A DNA stretch of 64,000 bases from Bacteriovoracaceae bacterium (GTDB lineage: Bacteria > Bdellovibrionota > Bacteriovoracia > Bacteriovoracales > Bacteriovoracaceae), in the NCBI GenBank assembly GCA_965217035.1, contig OZ244226.1:2152146-2216145 (forward strand). The letters run 5' to 3'. How positions within the stretch are numbered: the stretch's first letter is position 1; the number at the start of each line of letters is the position of its first letter. The notes beneath the pieces are model-generated. The model did not search any database and was not told the origin of the DNA. It saw nothing but the letters and a program-made list of their open reading frames with translations. The position numbers and the translations under genes were made by a program. Positions 50,468 to 59,635 of the stretch are shown piece by piece.

Positions 50468-51320
50468 ATATCTCATTGCTCGTTTGTTTTGTGCTTTTTT
50501 TGTAGGAGGACTTATTTCCCTCAATGGTTCTTTTGCTCAAATTCTTACTCAAAACCCTTTAGCTGCACCATCAACACTAGGGATTCAAGCTTTTGCCTTA
50601 TTGCTTTATCTTCTTGGGTTTGTTCTTGGTAAAGTTTTTGATTATGAGAATTATCAACTTGTTAGCATCGTTCTATTTCATTTGGTTTTTCCGTTGTTCT
50701 TCTTGTTTTATAGATCTCCAAAACCTGGACTATTAAAAAAGATGATTCTTTTTGGTATTTGTTTAAACCTTTTTGTTGCAAGCGTTTATTCTCTTGTTCA
50801 GTTTATTCTTTTAAATTTAGGCGTTCAGTTTCCAAGCGAACTTTGGTTTGGGAATTTTCGTTTTGCTCTTGGAGAATACGCTTTTTTCATGGGAGTACTT
50901 TTTATTACCTCACTTCTTTTTGTTATCAAGGATGGAAAAAAGCTCCGAATCTATGTACTTGGAAAAGACTTTGCTGATTCTTATCTGAGTCAGCCTGAAA
51001 AACTTGAAAGGAATATCTTTCTTTTGATGACTTATACGATGTGCCTATGCACATTCTTATTTGGCTATTTTAGCTTCCTTGGATTGGTCTTTCCTCATCT
51101 AATTAGGGGTCATAACTTGTTCAGAAAGGACGTTTTTTATGAACTTATAGGGGGAACTTTAATAGGAGGTTTATTTTTCATGCTCATTGATGGTTCCTGC
51201 TACCACTTTTTGATCAATGGGGCGGAGCTACCGATAGGCATGGTGACAGCGGTTCTTGGACCTCTGGCGTTTCTTATTTTATTGCTTGTAAAACGAGAAA
51301 CAATAAAAAGTGTTTATTGA
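50457..51320 (+). CDS. FecCD/BtuC family permease
   Basis: QILTQNPLAAPSTLG, FLGLVFPH and ELPIGMVTAVLG motifs. Confidence 0.85.
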   Translation: MFDEYLIARLFCAFFVGGLISLNGSFAQILTQNPLAAPSTLGIQAFALLLYLLGFVLGKVFDYENYQLVSIVLFHLVFPLFFLFYRSPKPGLLKKMILFGICLNLFVASVYSLVQFILLNLGVQFPSELWFGNFRFALGEYAFFMGVLFITSLLFVIKDGKKLRIYVLGKDFADSYLSQPEKLERNIFLLMTYTMCLCTFLFGYFSFLGLVFPHLIRGHNLFRKDVFYELIGGTLIGGLFFMLIDGSCYHFLINGAELPIGMVTAVLGPLAFLILLLVKRETIKSVY

Positions 51321-51345
51321 TAAAACCCAACCAAAGCATTACCTT
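51317..51345 (+). promoter_or_regulatory. sigma70-like promoter for the FKBP gene
   Basis: TTGATA-N17-TACCTT. Confidence 0.4.
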
Positions 51346-51385
51346 TAAAAGGCATATTTATTGACCCCTTTAAAAGGAAGGAAAC

Positions 51386-52138
51386 GTGAAAAACATTTTA
51401 ATTTTAGCTATTCTCGCTGCTCTTTTTGTTGGTTGTAACAAGAAAGGCGGAAACGCGAAGAGTATTAAACTAACGACTGAAGAAGATAAGATTTTCTATG
51501 CAATGGGAGCAATGCAAGGGCGAAGTCTTCAAATGTTAGGTCTTAGTGATAGTGAAATTGAAAAAGTTTATAAAGGTTATTATGACTCTGCTAAAAACAA
51601 TAAGCTTGCTGTTGATGTTCAAACAATTCAGCCAAAAATTCAGAACATGTTCAGAGAGAGAATGAAGAAAGTTGCTGAAGTTAATAAGACAAAAGGAAAA
51701 GAATTCTTGATAAAAGCTGAAAAAGAGGCTGGAGCTAAGAAAACAGAATCAGGTCTTGTTTATCAAGCAATCAAAGAAGGAACTGGAGCAAGCCCAAAAG
51801 CGACTGACACAGTTGAGGTTCATTACCATGGAACTCTTACAGATGGGACAGTTTTTGACTCGTCTGTTGAAAGAGGGAAGACTGCGAAGTTTCCACTCAA
51901 TGCCGTTATCAAAGGATGGACTGAAGGTCTTCAACTTATGAAAGAAGGTGGAAAAACTAAATTCACGATTCCTTCAGAACTTGCTTATGGTGAGACAGGT
52001 GCTCCTCCAAAGATTCCTGGTGGTGCGACGCTTGTCTTCGAAGTTGAGCTTATTAAGGTTATGAAGACTGAAGCAGCAGCAGCTGATTCGCATGCAGGCC
52101 ATAAACATGGTTCTAAAAAAGCTACTAAGAAAAAATAG
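51386..52138 (+). CDS. FKBP-type peptidyl-prolyl isomerase (FkpA/Mip-like lipoprotein)
   Basis: [30 protein letters not shown] and LVFEVEL motifs; lipobox FVGC. Confidence 0.93.
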   Translation: MKNILILAILAALFVGCNKKGGNAKSIKLTTEEDKIFYAMGAMQGRSLQMLGLSDSEIEKVYKGYYDSAKNNKLAVDVQTIQPKIQNMFRERMKKVAEVNKTKGKEFLIKAEKEAGAKKTESGLVYQAIKEGTGASPKATDTVEVHYHGTLTDGTVFDSSVERGKTAKFPLNAVIKGWTEGLQLMKEGGKTKFTIPSELAYGETGAPPKIPGGATLVFEVELIKVMKTEAAAADSHAGHKHGSKKATKKK

Positions 52139-52163
52139 TTCTCTATTCAAATTGAAATAATCG

Positions 52164-52190
52164 AAAAGGCCCTCGAATGAGGGCCTTTTT
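52164..52190. terminator. bidirectional intrinsic terminator
   Basis: AAAAGGCCCTC-gaat-GAGGGCCTTTTT between convergent genes. Confidence 0.9.
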
Positions 52191-52193
52191 ATT

Positions 52194-53261
52194 TTAAAGA
52201 TATCCGCGTTTCTGTTGATCTCTTTCAATGGCATCAAACAAGGCTTGAAAGTTTCCTTCCCCAAATCCCCAATGATTTTTTCTCTGAATAATTTCGAAAA
52301 AGAGTGGACCAATATAAGTATCCGTAAAAATTTGAAGGAGGTATCCTTCAGGGTCACCATCAACCAGAATTTGATTCTGCTCGAGGACTCCTAAATCTTC
52401 AGTGACTTTAAAATCTCTCTCTGGGATTGCTTCATAATAAGTAGAAGGAACGTCGAGGAATTTAAATCCTCTTTCTCTTAATTGAGAGACAGTCGAGACA
52501 ATATCTGGAGTCATAAGAGCAATGTGCTGAACGCCCGCTCCATTATGACGATCAAGGAATTCTTGGATCTGAGATTTCCCATTTTCTTCTTCAGGCTCAT
52601 TAATTGGAATAATGATATTATTATCAGAAGATTGAACAACTTTAGACTGAAGACCCGTTTTTTGACCTTTAATATCAAAGTAACGAGTTTCGACAAAGCC
52701 ATAAACTCTTTTATAGAAGTCTACCCAATGATCCATTTCTCCTTTAGGAACATTATTTGTAAGATGATCGATTCGAGAAGCTCTTGTATTAAGAGAGTTT
52801 CCTTTACCGTTATCAATTTTTGTAAAACCATCTGCAAAGATTTCATTAGGACGTTCTACAAATTCATTAAGAACATCTCCAAAACCTCTAATCGCAGCTT
52901 TTCGGATTGGACCAAACTCAGTTTCAACAGTTGTAAGGTCTTCAACTTGTTCGCCTCCTCGAGAAAGTGCAGCTTCTAAAGATGCTTCGGCATTATCTAC
53001 TCGAAACGCCATACGTGAAACACCTTCTTTGTGGATTTGAAAGTATTGTCGAGAGCGGTCATCATGACTTTTATTAGCGTTAAGTAAGAAGCGAATTTGT
53101 CCTTGAGAATAGAGAACTTTATCTTCGGCTTCTTTGACTGCTGTTTGTATAAACCCTAAATTTTCAAAATGAGTTGCTGTTGGGGTTGTGAGATCGTCAC
53201 AAGCAAATTCTAAGTAATCGATTCCTTTTAGACCTACTGGATTTTCATTAGTAATACTCAT
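52194..53261 (-). CDS. hppD: 4-hydroxyphenylpyruvate dioxygenase
   Basis: IDHLT, SQIQEFL, GVQHIA, LLQIFT and FFEIIQRK..GFGEGNF motifs. Confidence 0.96.
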   Translation of the reverse strand: MSITNENPVGLKGIDYLEFACDDLTTPTATHFENLGFIQTAVKEAEDKVLYSQGQIRFLLNANKSHDDRSRQYFQIHKEGVSRMAFRVDNAEASLEAALSRGGEQVEDLTTVETEFGPIRKAAIRGFGDVLNEFVERPNEIFADGFTKIDNGKGNSLNTRASRIDHLTNNVPKGEMDHWVDFYKRVYGFVETRYFDIKGQKTGLQSKVVQSSDNNIIIPINEPEEENGKSQIQEFLDRHNGAGVQHIALMTPDIVSTVSQLRERGFKFLDVPSTYYEAIPERDFKVTEDLGVLEQNQILVDGDPEGYLLQIFTDTYIGPLFFEIIQRKNHWGFGEGNFQALFDAIERDQQKRGYL

Positions 53262-53317
53262 ATTTATCTCCTTAATTTGGATCTAATTTATCAGAATCAC
53301 ATGATAATAGGGATGAC

Positions 53318-54085
53318 TTAAATCAGAAAGGTTTTAACGTTTTGCTGGAATTTTGCCCAATCCTCAGCACCCATCGTAGTTTTGTCTATAATTAGATGCT
53401 GCCAATAGCCTGTTTGCTGTGGTGCAATAGGGTGAAAGGTCCAGTTCTCAAGCTTTTCACAAATTCTCTTTAACCCTCTCGCCGAGACGGTCTCATCAGT
53501 CTTCCGATGAAAGACAAGAGTCGGGATATCGGTTCTTTCTTTAGTTGTGGCCCTATATCTCAAGTAGCTTTTTCTTAGGGCTCCATAAGTTTTAAGAGTG
53601 AGGTATCCAGAGTAGCGATAACCAATGGATCCAAAACTTTTTGTTTTTATATTTAAAGGAAGGGCCATTAAAGGAAAGCTCATGCGGACAGTCGGTTGAA
53701 CAGCGAGAGCAGGGGCGAGTAAAATCTGTTTACTGAGGTTCCATTGAGATTGTTGAAGTAATCTTTGAATCATTAAACAAGACAGCGAAAAACCGCAAAA
53801 ATAATAAGGATAAGATTTCTTAAAGGCGACCTTTTCTGCAAATCTTAAAGCTTCTTTTGTATCTTCTTCCCATCGCTCAGCATTAACCTCATCCAGTTGA
53901 AATTTTTCGTTATGTCCGCTTAAAGAGAGAAGGACAACATCGAGTCGAAGTGAATGAAAAAAGTCTGCGAGTGATCTCATCTTGAAAGGATGAATATTAA
54001 GACCATGACCAAGAATGATCAAACCTCTACTATTTTCTACAGGTAACCAACTGATAGTCTGGTCTTGGTAATAGCCTTCTTTCAT
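53318..54085 (-). CDS. alpha/beta hydrolase
   Basis: GHGL, LSGH, nucleophile elbow GFSLS, late Asp and His. Confidence 0.75.
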   Translation of the reverse strand: MKEGYYQDQTISWLPVENSRGLIILGHGLNIHPFKMRSLADFFHSLRLDVVLLSLSGHNEKFQLDEVNAERWEEDTKEALRFAEKVAFKKSYPYYFCGFSLSCLMIQRLLQQSQWNLSKQILLAPALAVQPTVRMSFPLMALPLNIKTKSFGSIGYRYSGYLTLKTYGALRKSYLRYRATTKERTDIPTLVFHRKTDETVSARGLKRICEKLENWTFHPIAPQQTGYWQHLIIDKTTMGAEDWAKFQQNVKTFLI

Positions 54086-54873
54086 AACCAGTTAAATTCT
54101 TTTTTTAGAACGTTATAAATATGTGATGCAGCCGCATCTGGTGTATGATGAGAAAGCTTCGAAGGCTCTTTAAGTTCAACTTTGTTAAAGGTTTCTAAGA
54201 TCTGCTTCAAACGAGCTGCTCCTCCTTCTCCTACAACGACATCATCTTTCCCTGTAATTAAAACGATGTCTTTATTTTTGAGATTCAGTACTGTTTTCTC
54301 ATTCTTTATCCACGGAAAAATCTTATCGGAATCAATTGCTGGGCTGACAAGTTGTCTGCGAATATTAAGAGTTTTTTGATAAAAGTCGGTATCAAAGAAA
54401 TGAGTTTTGACTTCTGTATTTAAGCCAAACCCAACAAGAAAAATTTTCAGGAGATAATTTTCAAAAATAGGGAGTCCTGAGGCTTTCAAAGAAAGAAGGG
54501 CTCCAAGGGAATGTCCTCCAAGAATAAGATTTTTAGCTTTATTCTGGCTTTGAGTTTCCAGGCTTGAGTGTGCTGCTTCGAAAAGCTTATGAGCATGCTC
54601 TGTAAAGTCCTCAAACTTTTCGACCTCATTAACACTTCCTAGATAATGACCTGGAAGATTGAAAATCAAGGTATCGACTCCAGAGTCGGCGAGACGGCTA
54701 CCCCAATTCAGAATTGAACTGATGCTGGAAGTATAGCCATGGGTAAAAATTGCACCGAATTCAGACTTGTGATTTGACTCAGAAGCAAGAAAGCAAAGGC
54801 CAGAAACGGCCTGGAATGGGGCGCTTTTAAGTTCTACAGGAATAATCCTTGTTTCTTCATTTCTTGATGACAT
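54082..54873 (-). CDS. alpha/beta hydrolase
   Basis: THGY, LPGH, GHSLG and GKDD motifs. Confidence 0.8.
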   Translation of the reverse strand: MSSRNEETRIIPVELKSAPFQAVSGLCFLASESNHKSEFGAIFTHGYTSSISSILNWGSRLADSGVDTLIFNLPGHYLGSVNEVEKFEDFTEHAHKLFEAAHSSLETQSQNKAKNLILGGHSLGALLSLKASGLPIFENYLLKIFLVGFGLNTEVKTHFFDTDFYQKTLNIRRQLVSPAIDSDKIFPWIKNEKTVLNLKNKDIVLITGKDDVVVGEGGAARLKQILETFNKVELKEPSKLSHHTPDAAASHIYNVLKKEFNWL

Positions 54874-54962
54874 AGAGGTTCATTTTATTGTGTTAAAAAG
54901 TCATTGACTATAGACGTGTAACCCATTAATTTTATTTGACACGATACAAAGATATCTGACAC

Positions 54963-55038
54963 GCCCTCTTAGCTCAGTTGGTAGAGCAAGGGACTGAAAA
55001 TCCCTGTGTCCGTGGTTCGATCCCGCGAGAGGGCACCA
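54963..55038 (+). tRNA. tRNA-Phe (GAA)
   Basis: 76 nt, GCCCTCT...AGAGGGC-ACCA; D-arm AGCTCAGTTGGTAGAGC; anticodon loop CTGAAAA; T-loop GGTTCGATC. Confidence 0.98.
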
Positions 55039-55061
55039 TCTCTTTTAAATTCAAGTGTTTA
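55023..55061 (+). repeat. att direct repeat, left copy
   Basis: CCGCGAGAGGGCACCATCTCTTTTAAATTCAAGTGTTTA, identical to 61388-61426. Confidence 0.95.
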
Positions 55062-56216
55062 GCTTTTCGGGTAGTCTTGGGTAGTTTCCAAGATCCGAGA
55101 AAGCACCACTGAAGTCTCTTTGTTCTTTTGAGTCACGTCTAGCTTTCCATAATGTTGGACCATTCTTATGTCTTTATGACCAGTCAGGGCTGCAGTATGG
55201 TCGATTGTCAGTTCGTTTCTCACCAGGCTTGCTGATGTGTACCTAAAGATGTGAGAACCCGAGATCTCTTCATATATTCCTATTCTCTTCAAGGCTGCAT
55301 CATAGTTGCATTGGACATGTCTATAGGTCAGAAGAGCTTGGTTTTGATGAAAGAAGTAACCTTCATCATTTGGTTCTAGTTTTTTAAGCTCTTTCTCAAC
55401 GTAATCTCCAAAGATAGCAACTCTGATTTCTCCGTTTTTGGTGCATTCCTTAATTTCGATAACTTTCTTGGTGTGATAGCAGATCACTGCGACATCTTTT
55501 ACAAGGATCGTTTTCTCTTCAAAGTTAACGTTTTTAGTATTTAAGGCAATCACTTCTGAAATTCTTCCTCCGATTGTAAATTGAACGAGAGCAATTGTTC
55601 TATAAAGAGGGGGAAGTTCAGTTAAAAACAGATTGAGCTCTTCTTGGGTGAGAACTTTTCTTTTCCGTTTCCTTAAGTCCTTCTTCACTAATGTCCCCAT
55701 TTCAAAGTGATACTTAGTAATGGGACTTCTAAAAGAAGGATCGATAGTTCCGAAAATGAAATTAAAGAAGGCTCTTAATCGCTTTAGTTCTTGGTCATAA
55801 GAAAGTCTCTTAGGTGTGGAGAGTGGGATCATTCTTTCTAGAAACTTAGTAATTTCAGGGTTTGTGATTTCTCTTATCTCAAGACTTTGAATTTCAGAAT
55901 CAAAGCTTCGCCCCATGACTTTAAGCTTCTGAAACGAAGGAGTACCCATCTTTCTTTTTTGATGAGCGAGGTATTTCTCCCAAGCTTGAGAGAAGAGTAT
56001 AAAGGATGTTCCGTTGTAATGAGTTACAACAGAAGGTTTTAACTCATTATCTTTCTCGACTCCATTAAAGGTGCTACGCCATCGAATAGCTTCCTTAAGC
56101 ATTTGAAAGCTCTTAGAATGTCGTTTCCCATCAATTGTTTTTCTCGCCGAATAGGTTTTAGATACTGGGTTTAGCCAAATACCTGGATACTTTGTTTTAA
56201 CGTATTTCTTACTCAT
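55059..56216 (-). CDS. tyrosine recombinase/integrase
   Basis: Intact catalytic set: GRISE (R), TKNG (K), HIFR, LTGH and VQHY (Y). Confidence 0.93.
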   Translation of the reverse strand: MSKKYVKTKYPGIWLNPVSKTYSARKTIDGKRHSKSFQMLKEAIRWRSTFNGVEKDNELKPSVVTHYNGTSFILFSQAWEKYLAHQKRKMGTPSFQKLKVMGRSFDSEIQSLEIREITNPEITKFLERMIPLSTPKRLSYDQELKRLRAFFNFIFGTIDPSFRSPITKYHFEMGTLVKKDLRKRKRKVLTQEELNLFLTELPPLYRTIALVQFTIGGRISEVIALNTKNVNFEEKTILVKDVAVICYHTKKVIEIKECTKNGEIRVAIFGDYVEKELKKLEPNDEGYFFHQNQALLTYRHVQCNYDAALKRIGIYEEISGSHIFRYTSASLVRNELTIDHTAALTGHKDIRMVQHYGKLDVTQKNKETSVVLSRILETTQDYPKS

Positions 56217-56321
56217 TGATCGTTCCTTTGGTTGATCAACCAGTTCGAAATTGACTTCACTTCATTGTTTAAATGTAAAAGAGCAAGAGCTTGAAATATT
56301 AGCATAATTCAGGCTTCTTCT

Positions 56322-56549
56322 CTATAGAGTGGTTGATTGATTTTTCTCATAAAGCCAATTTTCAATATCTTGTAAGCAAAAACGAATTCCCAACCCTGAA
56401 ACTTTTAAATAAGGAATCTTATTTTTATTGATAAGATTATAAATATTACCCTTACTGGTCCTTAAATAAACTGCTAACTCTTTTACATTTAACATCTTCA
56501 TACCCTTAACTAATTTCTTCATATAACCTTCTATGTCTTTTGAAATCAT
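56322..56549 (-). CDS. excisionase-like HTH (HTH_17/AlpA-type) protein
   Basis: MLNVKELAVYLRTSKGNIYNLINKNKIPYLKV..IRF...DIENWL; lies upstream of the integrase. Confidence 0.85.
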   Translation of the reverse strand: MISKDIEGYMKKLVKGMKMLNVKELAVYLRTSKGNIYNLINKNKIPYLKVSGLGIRFCLQDIENWLYEKNQSTTL

Positions 56550-56587
56550 TAATTTTACTTCTTCTTGCTATCTGAAACGCTAGCGGA

Positions 56588-56642
56588 GTAGATTGACTTC
56601 CTACACTCAGTCAGAATGGATGTGTGTGGGAAGTCAATCTAC
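56588..56642. repeat. long inverted repeat (candidate oriT/origin hairpin)
   Basis: GTAGATTGACTTCCTACAC-N17-GTGTGGGAAGTCAATCTAC, 18 of 19 complementary. Confidence 0.75.
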
Positions 56643-56674
56643 GGAGCGAGCGCGCATTAAATGATTGCAAGAAC

Positions 56675-57463
56675 TTAGGAGCTGTCTTGAAAAGTGAGTC
56701 CGCCGTCTCCGCCTAGGTGTCGCCTTATGGTTTCTTGTGAGAGATCGAGAAATTCTAAAAGATGAATCTTCTCTCCTTGATAAGTCCCCCAGCAGTCAGA
56801 TAGATTAAGGACTCTTGAATAGAGCGAGGGGAGATAGAAAAGACCAACTTTGATATTTTTAAAATAATTAAATTCTTCCTCTAACGCTCTCTGATAATTA
56901 TCTAAGAGATTTCTTCTTGGAAAGATATAAAGCAGTTTAGGATCTGAATATTCTCTAAAGAAATCTTTGATCTTCTTTTTTATTCTTGATCTAGATTTTT
57001 GGGTCAACTCTAGTTCAAAGAGATATTTATCACTCCAACTCCAGAACTCAGCATCTGGCTTCATATCATTTTGATTATCAAAACTCGATTTCTCTTCAAG
57101 ACGGAAAGACTTAAAGGGCTTGATCTTATTGAGTTCAAAAAGAAACTCACTAATCATGGCATCATGAAATAGAGCTTGATCCTTAACGGAAGCCCTATTT
57201 ATGTTGCCTATAATTGTTTCCCCCAGTGCTGTAAGGTAAATGTATTTTTTACGAGAGAGGGGATGGGTGAAGGAATCGACTATGCCTAGCTTTTCTACTT
57301 TTTGAATGGCCTTGCTTAATCCTTTCTTAGAAATATTAAGCATGTTTAAGGTGGTGAGGTTGTCGAGGTTTAGAACTCGCCAATTAACTAGCGGCTCAAG
57401 ATAATTGAGTGTTTTCTTACTTATAATTTTCATGACGAGTATATAAAGCAAGTTAAAGGCCAA
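56675..57463 (-). CDS. replication-relaxation (Replic_Relax/MOB_C-like) protein
   Basis: N-terminal wHTH-like part (YIYLTALG), LFHD, and KPDA-x-FELELTQKSRSR. Alternative start is ATG 57433. Confidence 0.7.
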   Translation of the reverse strand: MAFNLLYILVMKIISKKTLNYLEPLVNWRVLNLDNLTTLNMLNISKKGLSKAIQKVEKLGIVDSFTHPLSRKKYIYLTALGETIIGNINRASVKDQALFHDAMISEFLFELNKIKPFKSFRLEEKSSFDNQNDMKPDAEFWSWSDKYLFELELTQKSRSRIKKKIKDFFREYSDPKLLYIFPRRNLLDNYQRALEEEFNYFKNIKVGLFYLPSLYSRVLNLSDCWGTYQGEKIHLLEFLDLSQETIRRHLGGDGGLTFQDSS

Positions 57464-57709
57464 CTTTATGTCATGGCGAGTAGAATGTGATTACGAATAG
57501 TTATCGAGAATTTTCAAAATAGAATTTTAAAAAATTAAAATGGAGTTCAATTTATTAAATTAGCGTTCATTTCAATGAACAGTTCTTACATTTAAATAGA
57601 GTAATGCAATAGGTTGAAATAATGCTTAAATTCTTCCAACCCAAGAATTTAGTCAAGATTGAAGCTTTAAGTACCTTGATAAAAATACTTTTCTCAGAGT
57701 AGTTTATAG

Positions 57710-57746
57710 AAAAATTGCAGAAGCTTTTAAAGTCAACTTCTGCAAT
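57710..57746 (-). terminator. intrinsic terminator downstream of the TIGR02147 operon
   Basis: ATTGCAGAAG-N13-CTTCTGCAAT, followed by TTTT on the minus strand. Confidence 0.55.
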
Positions 57747-57851
57747 AGAGTTATATTTATTTCAAACATTGCATTGACGGATTATCATAAATGTAAGCAG
57801 TCCTAATTTTTTCTGATAAAAATCAATTTCTGCGAAAGCATCATTTAAATC

Positions 57852-58823
57852 TTACATAGACAAACAGTCTGCTCTTTCGATAATCGAAGATTTTTTTCCT
57901 TTCTTCGTTTTTAATTCTAATCGCATCTCTTTTCTTGACTGAGTAAATTTAAAGTCTATTGCTATATTATCTTTCCTTGTAAAAATCTTGCCTCCTTTTC
58001 TGAACCCAATATAGTGTCCTACCTCTTTTTTCTTTGTTCTAGAATGTGAAAGAGGAAGAACTTCTCGATGTTTTCCACTGTATAAAGCTCGAAAGTTACC
58101 ATCTAAAATCACCCAATCAGCTCTAACCGAATAACTAGGATTTAAAGCCATTTCGCGGAATTGCCCCATGCTAGGAATTTTGTTAAAGATGTGCTTATAG
58201 CTATCAGAGTTGTTCGATGAATAATTCACGATTACAGATTTTTTATTTTCCTTAAATGTACATATAAGCTTTGGTTCATGACTTAAGTGATATCTGAACT
58301 GAGAATGGATAATAAGATCATATTCATGTGAATACTGTTCATCGCTTAAATAGACACCAAGTTGATTAATAAAAGCTTCATTTGTAGCTAGTTTTCCCTT
58401 AAATATATGGTGAGGTAATTCCTGCAAAAGTACTCTAGATAGTTTTTCTGCTGGATAATCTAATACTTGTTTTGTTAAGTAGATATTACTGCCTATCTTA
58501 AGCTGAGTAAGAGCTCCAACACTCGCGATATAAGCATAGTTACTGAACTCAGGAAACAAAACAACATCCTTATCTAAGTAGAGTATATTCTCATTTCTTT
58601 CAAGGCTTTCTAACTCTTTTAGCATCTCTTTATTAAATAAATCATTATATTGAGATCTTTCTAAGCTACTTTTGGCAATTTCGATAGCTCTAGTTAAAAC
58701 CTCTTCTTTTGGAAACTTTTCAGCAAATACTTCTATCGGATCTCCTCCGTGTGACCCGTCTCCCTTCTTTGCGTAAGAATTAATTAGTGATATTAAGCTG
58801 ATTAAGATTAGTAAAGTTTTCAT
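57852..58823 (-). CDS. secreted hypothetical protein
   Basis: Signal peptide (..NSYA) followed by KKGDGSHGGD; the SD lies in the end of the upstream gene. Confidence 0.7.
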   Translation of the reverse strand: MKTLLILISLISLINSYAKKGDGSHGGDPIEVFAEKFPKEEVLTRAIEIAKSSLERSQYNDLFNKEMLKELESLERNENILYLDKDVVLFPEFSNYAYIASVGALTQLKIGSNIYLTKQVLDYPAEKLSRVLLQELPHHIFKGKLATNEAFINQLGVYLSDEQYSHEYDLIIHSQFRYHLSHEPKLICTFKENKKSVIVNYSSNNSDSYKHIFNKIPSMGQFREMALNPSYSVRADWVILDGNFRALYSGKHREVLPLSHSRTKKKEVGHYIGFRKGGKIFTRKDNIAIDFKFTQSRKEMRLELKTKKGKKSSIIERADCLSM

Positions 58824-58825
58824 TC

Positions 58826-59635
58826 CTATTCTCCTCTTTGTAGTGGAAATAAATTAATTGCTAACTCGTAAACTTTTTTTCTAGATTTGCTTTCCAAAAA
58901 ACTAGATAGCTCTTCCATAAAACCTTCAATTTTTTCTTTGGCCACAGGAATTAATTCAGGATCTATAGACATTGTCATCGCAGTGTGATTTCTCATACTT
59001 ATTGGGTCATTCTCTAGAGACTCTATCGATTTATTAAGAATTTGTTTTTGTCTTTTTCTCAAAGCACTAGTTGTAGATGCTCTATTACTTGTTCTTAAAG
59101 GATTTGCTGAACGAGAAATTTTACCTTTAACTTCTTCTAGTAGTTCAAGTTTTTTTAGCCTACTAATAGCAAGATTTATTTCTGATATTGAACATTTTAA
59201 TTGAGAAGCCATCCATCTCGGATCATTATTGAAGCTGTCGGTTTGAACAAGCTGTAAAATAGCGTAGTGGTACCAATCAGAAATGACCTTAAATAACTCA
59301 TGAGATAGATTCGTAATAGGCTCAAAAACAAGTTCCGAGTCTTTTTTTAGTAATTCCCTTAGTTTTCTGTCTTTTCTTTTAGAATCTTGATCTCTTTGTA
59401 ATTGTGCTGCAGAAAGAAGAAAGTCTTTTTGCTGTTCTTCGCTTAAATCAAGTATTTCAAAAAAGCGAAGAGACATTTTATATGATAATGATCTCTTTCC
59501 ATTCATAATCTTTGAAAGAGCTCCGCTATCTAGGTTGAAAGACTTTGCAAAAGATCTCAAAGAGTACCGAGGGTTATTGGCAATTCTACGATCTAGTTCT
59601 TTTTTTAAACACTCTTGATGATAATAAGTTTTCAT
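58826..59635 (-). CDS. TIGR02147/DUF4423 family HTH protein
   Basis: NPRYSLRSFAK..LS.IMNGKR, F.VISDWYHYAILQL and VYELAINLFPL motifs; start set at ATG 59635. Confidence 0.85.
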   Translation of the reverse strand: MKTYYHQECLKKELDRRIANNPRYSLRSFAKSFNLDSGALSKIMNGKRSLSYKMSLRFFEILDLSEEQQKDFLLSAAQLQRDQDSKRKDRKLRELLKKDSELVFEPITNLSHELFKVISDWYHYAILQLVQTDSFNNDPRWMASQLKCSISEINLAISRLKKLELLEEVKGKISRSANPLRTSNRASTTSALRKRQKQILNKSIESLENDPISMRNHTAMTMSIDPELIPVAKEKIEGFMEELSSFLESKSRKKVYELAINLFPLQRGE

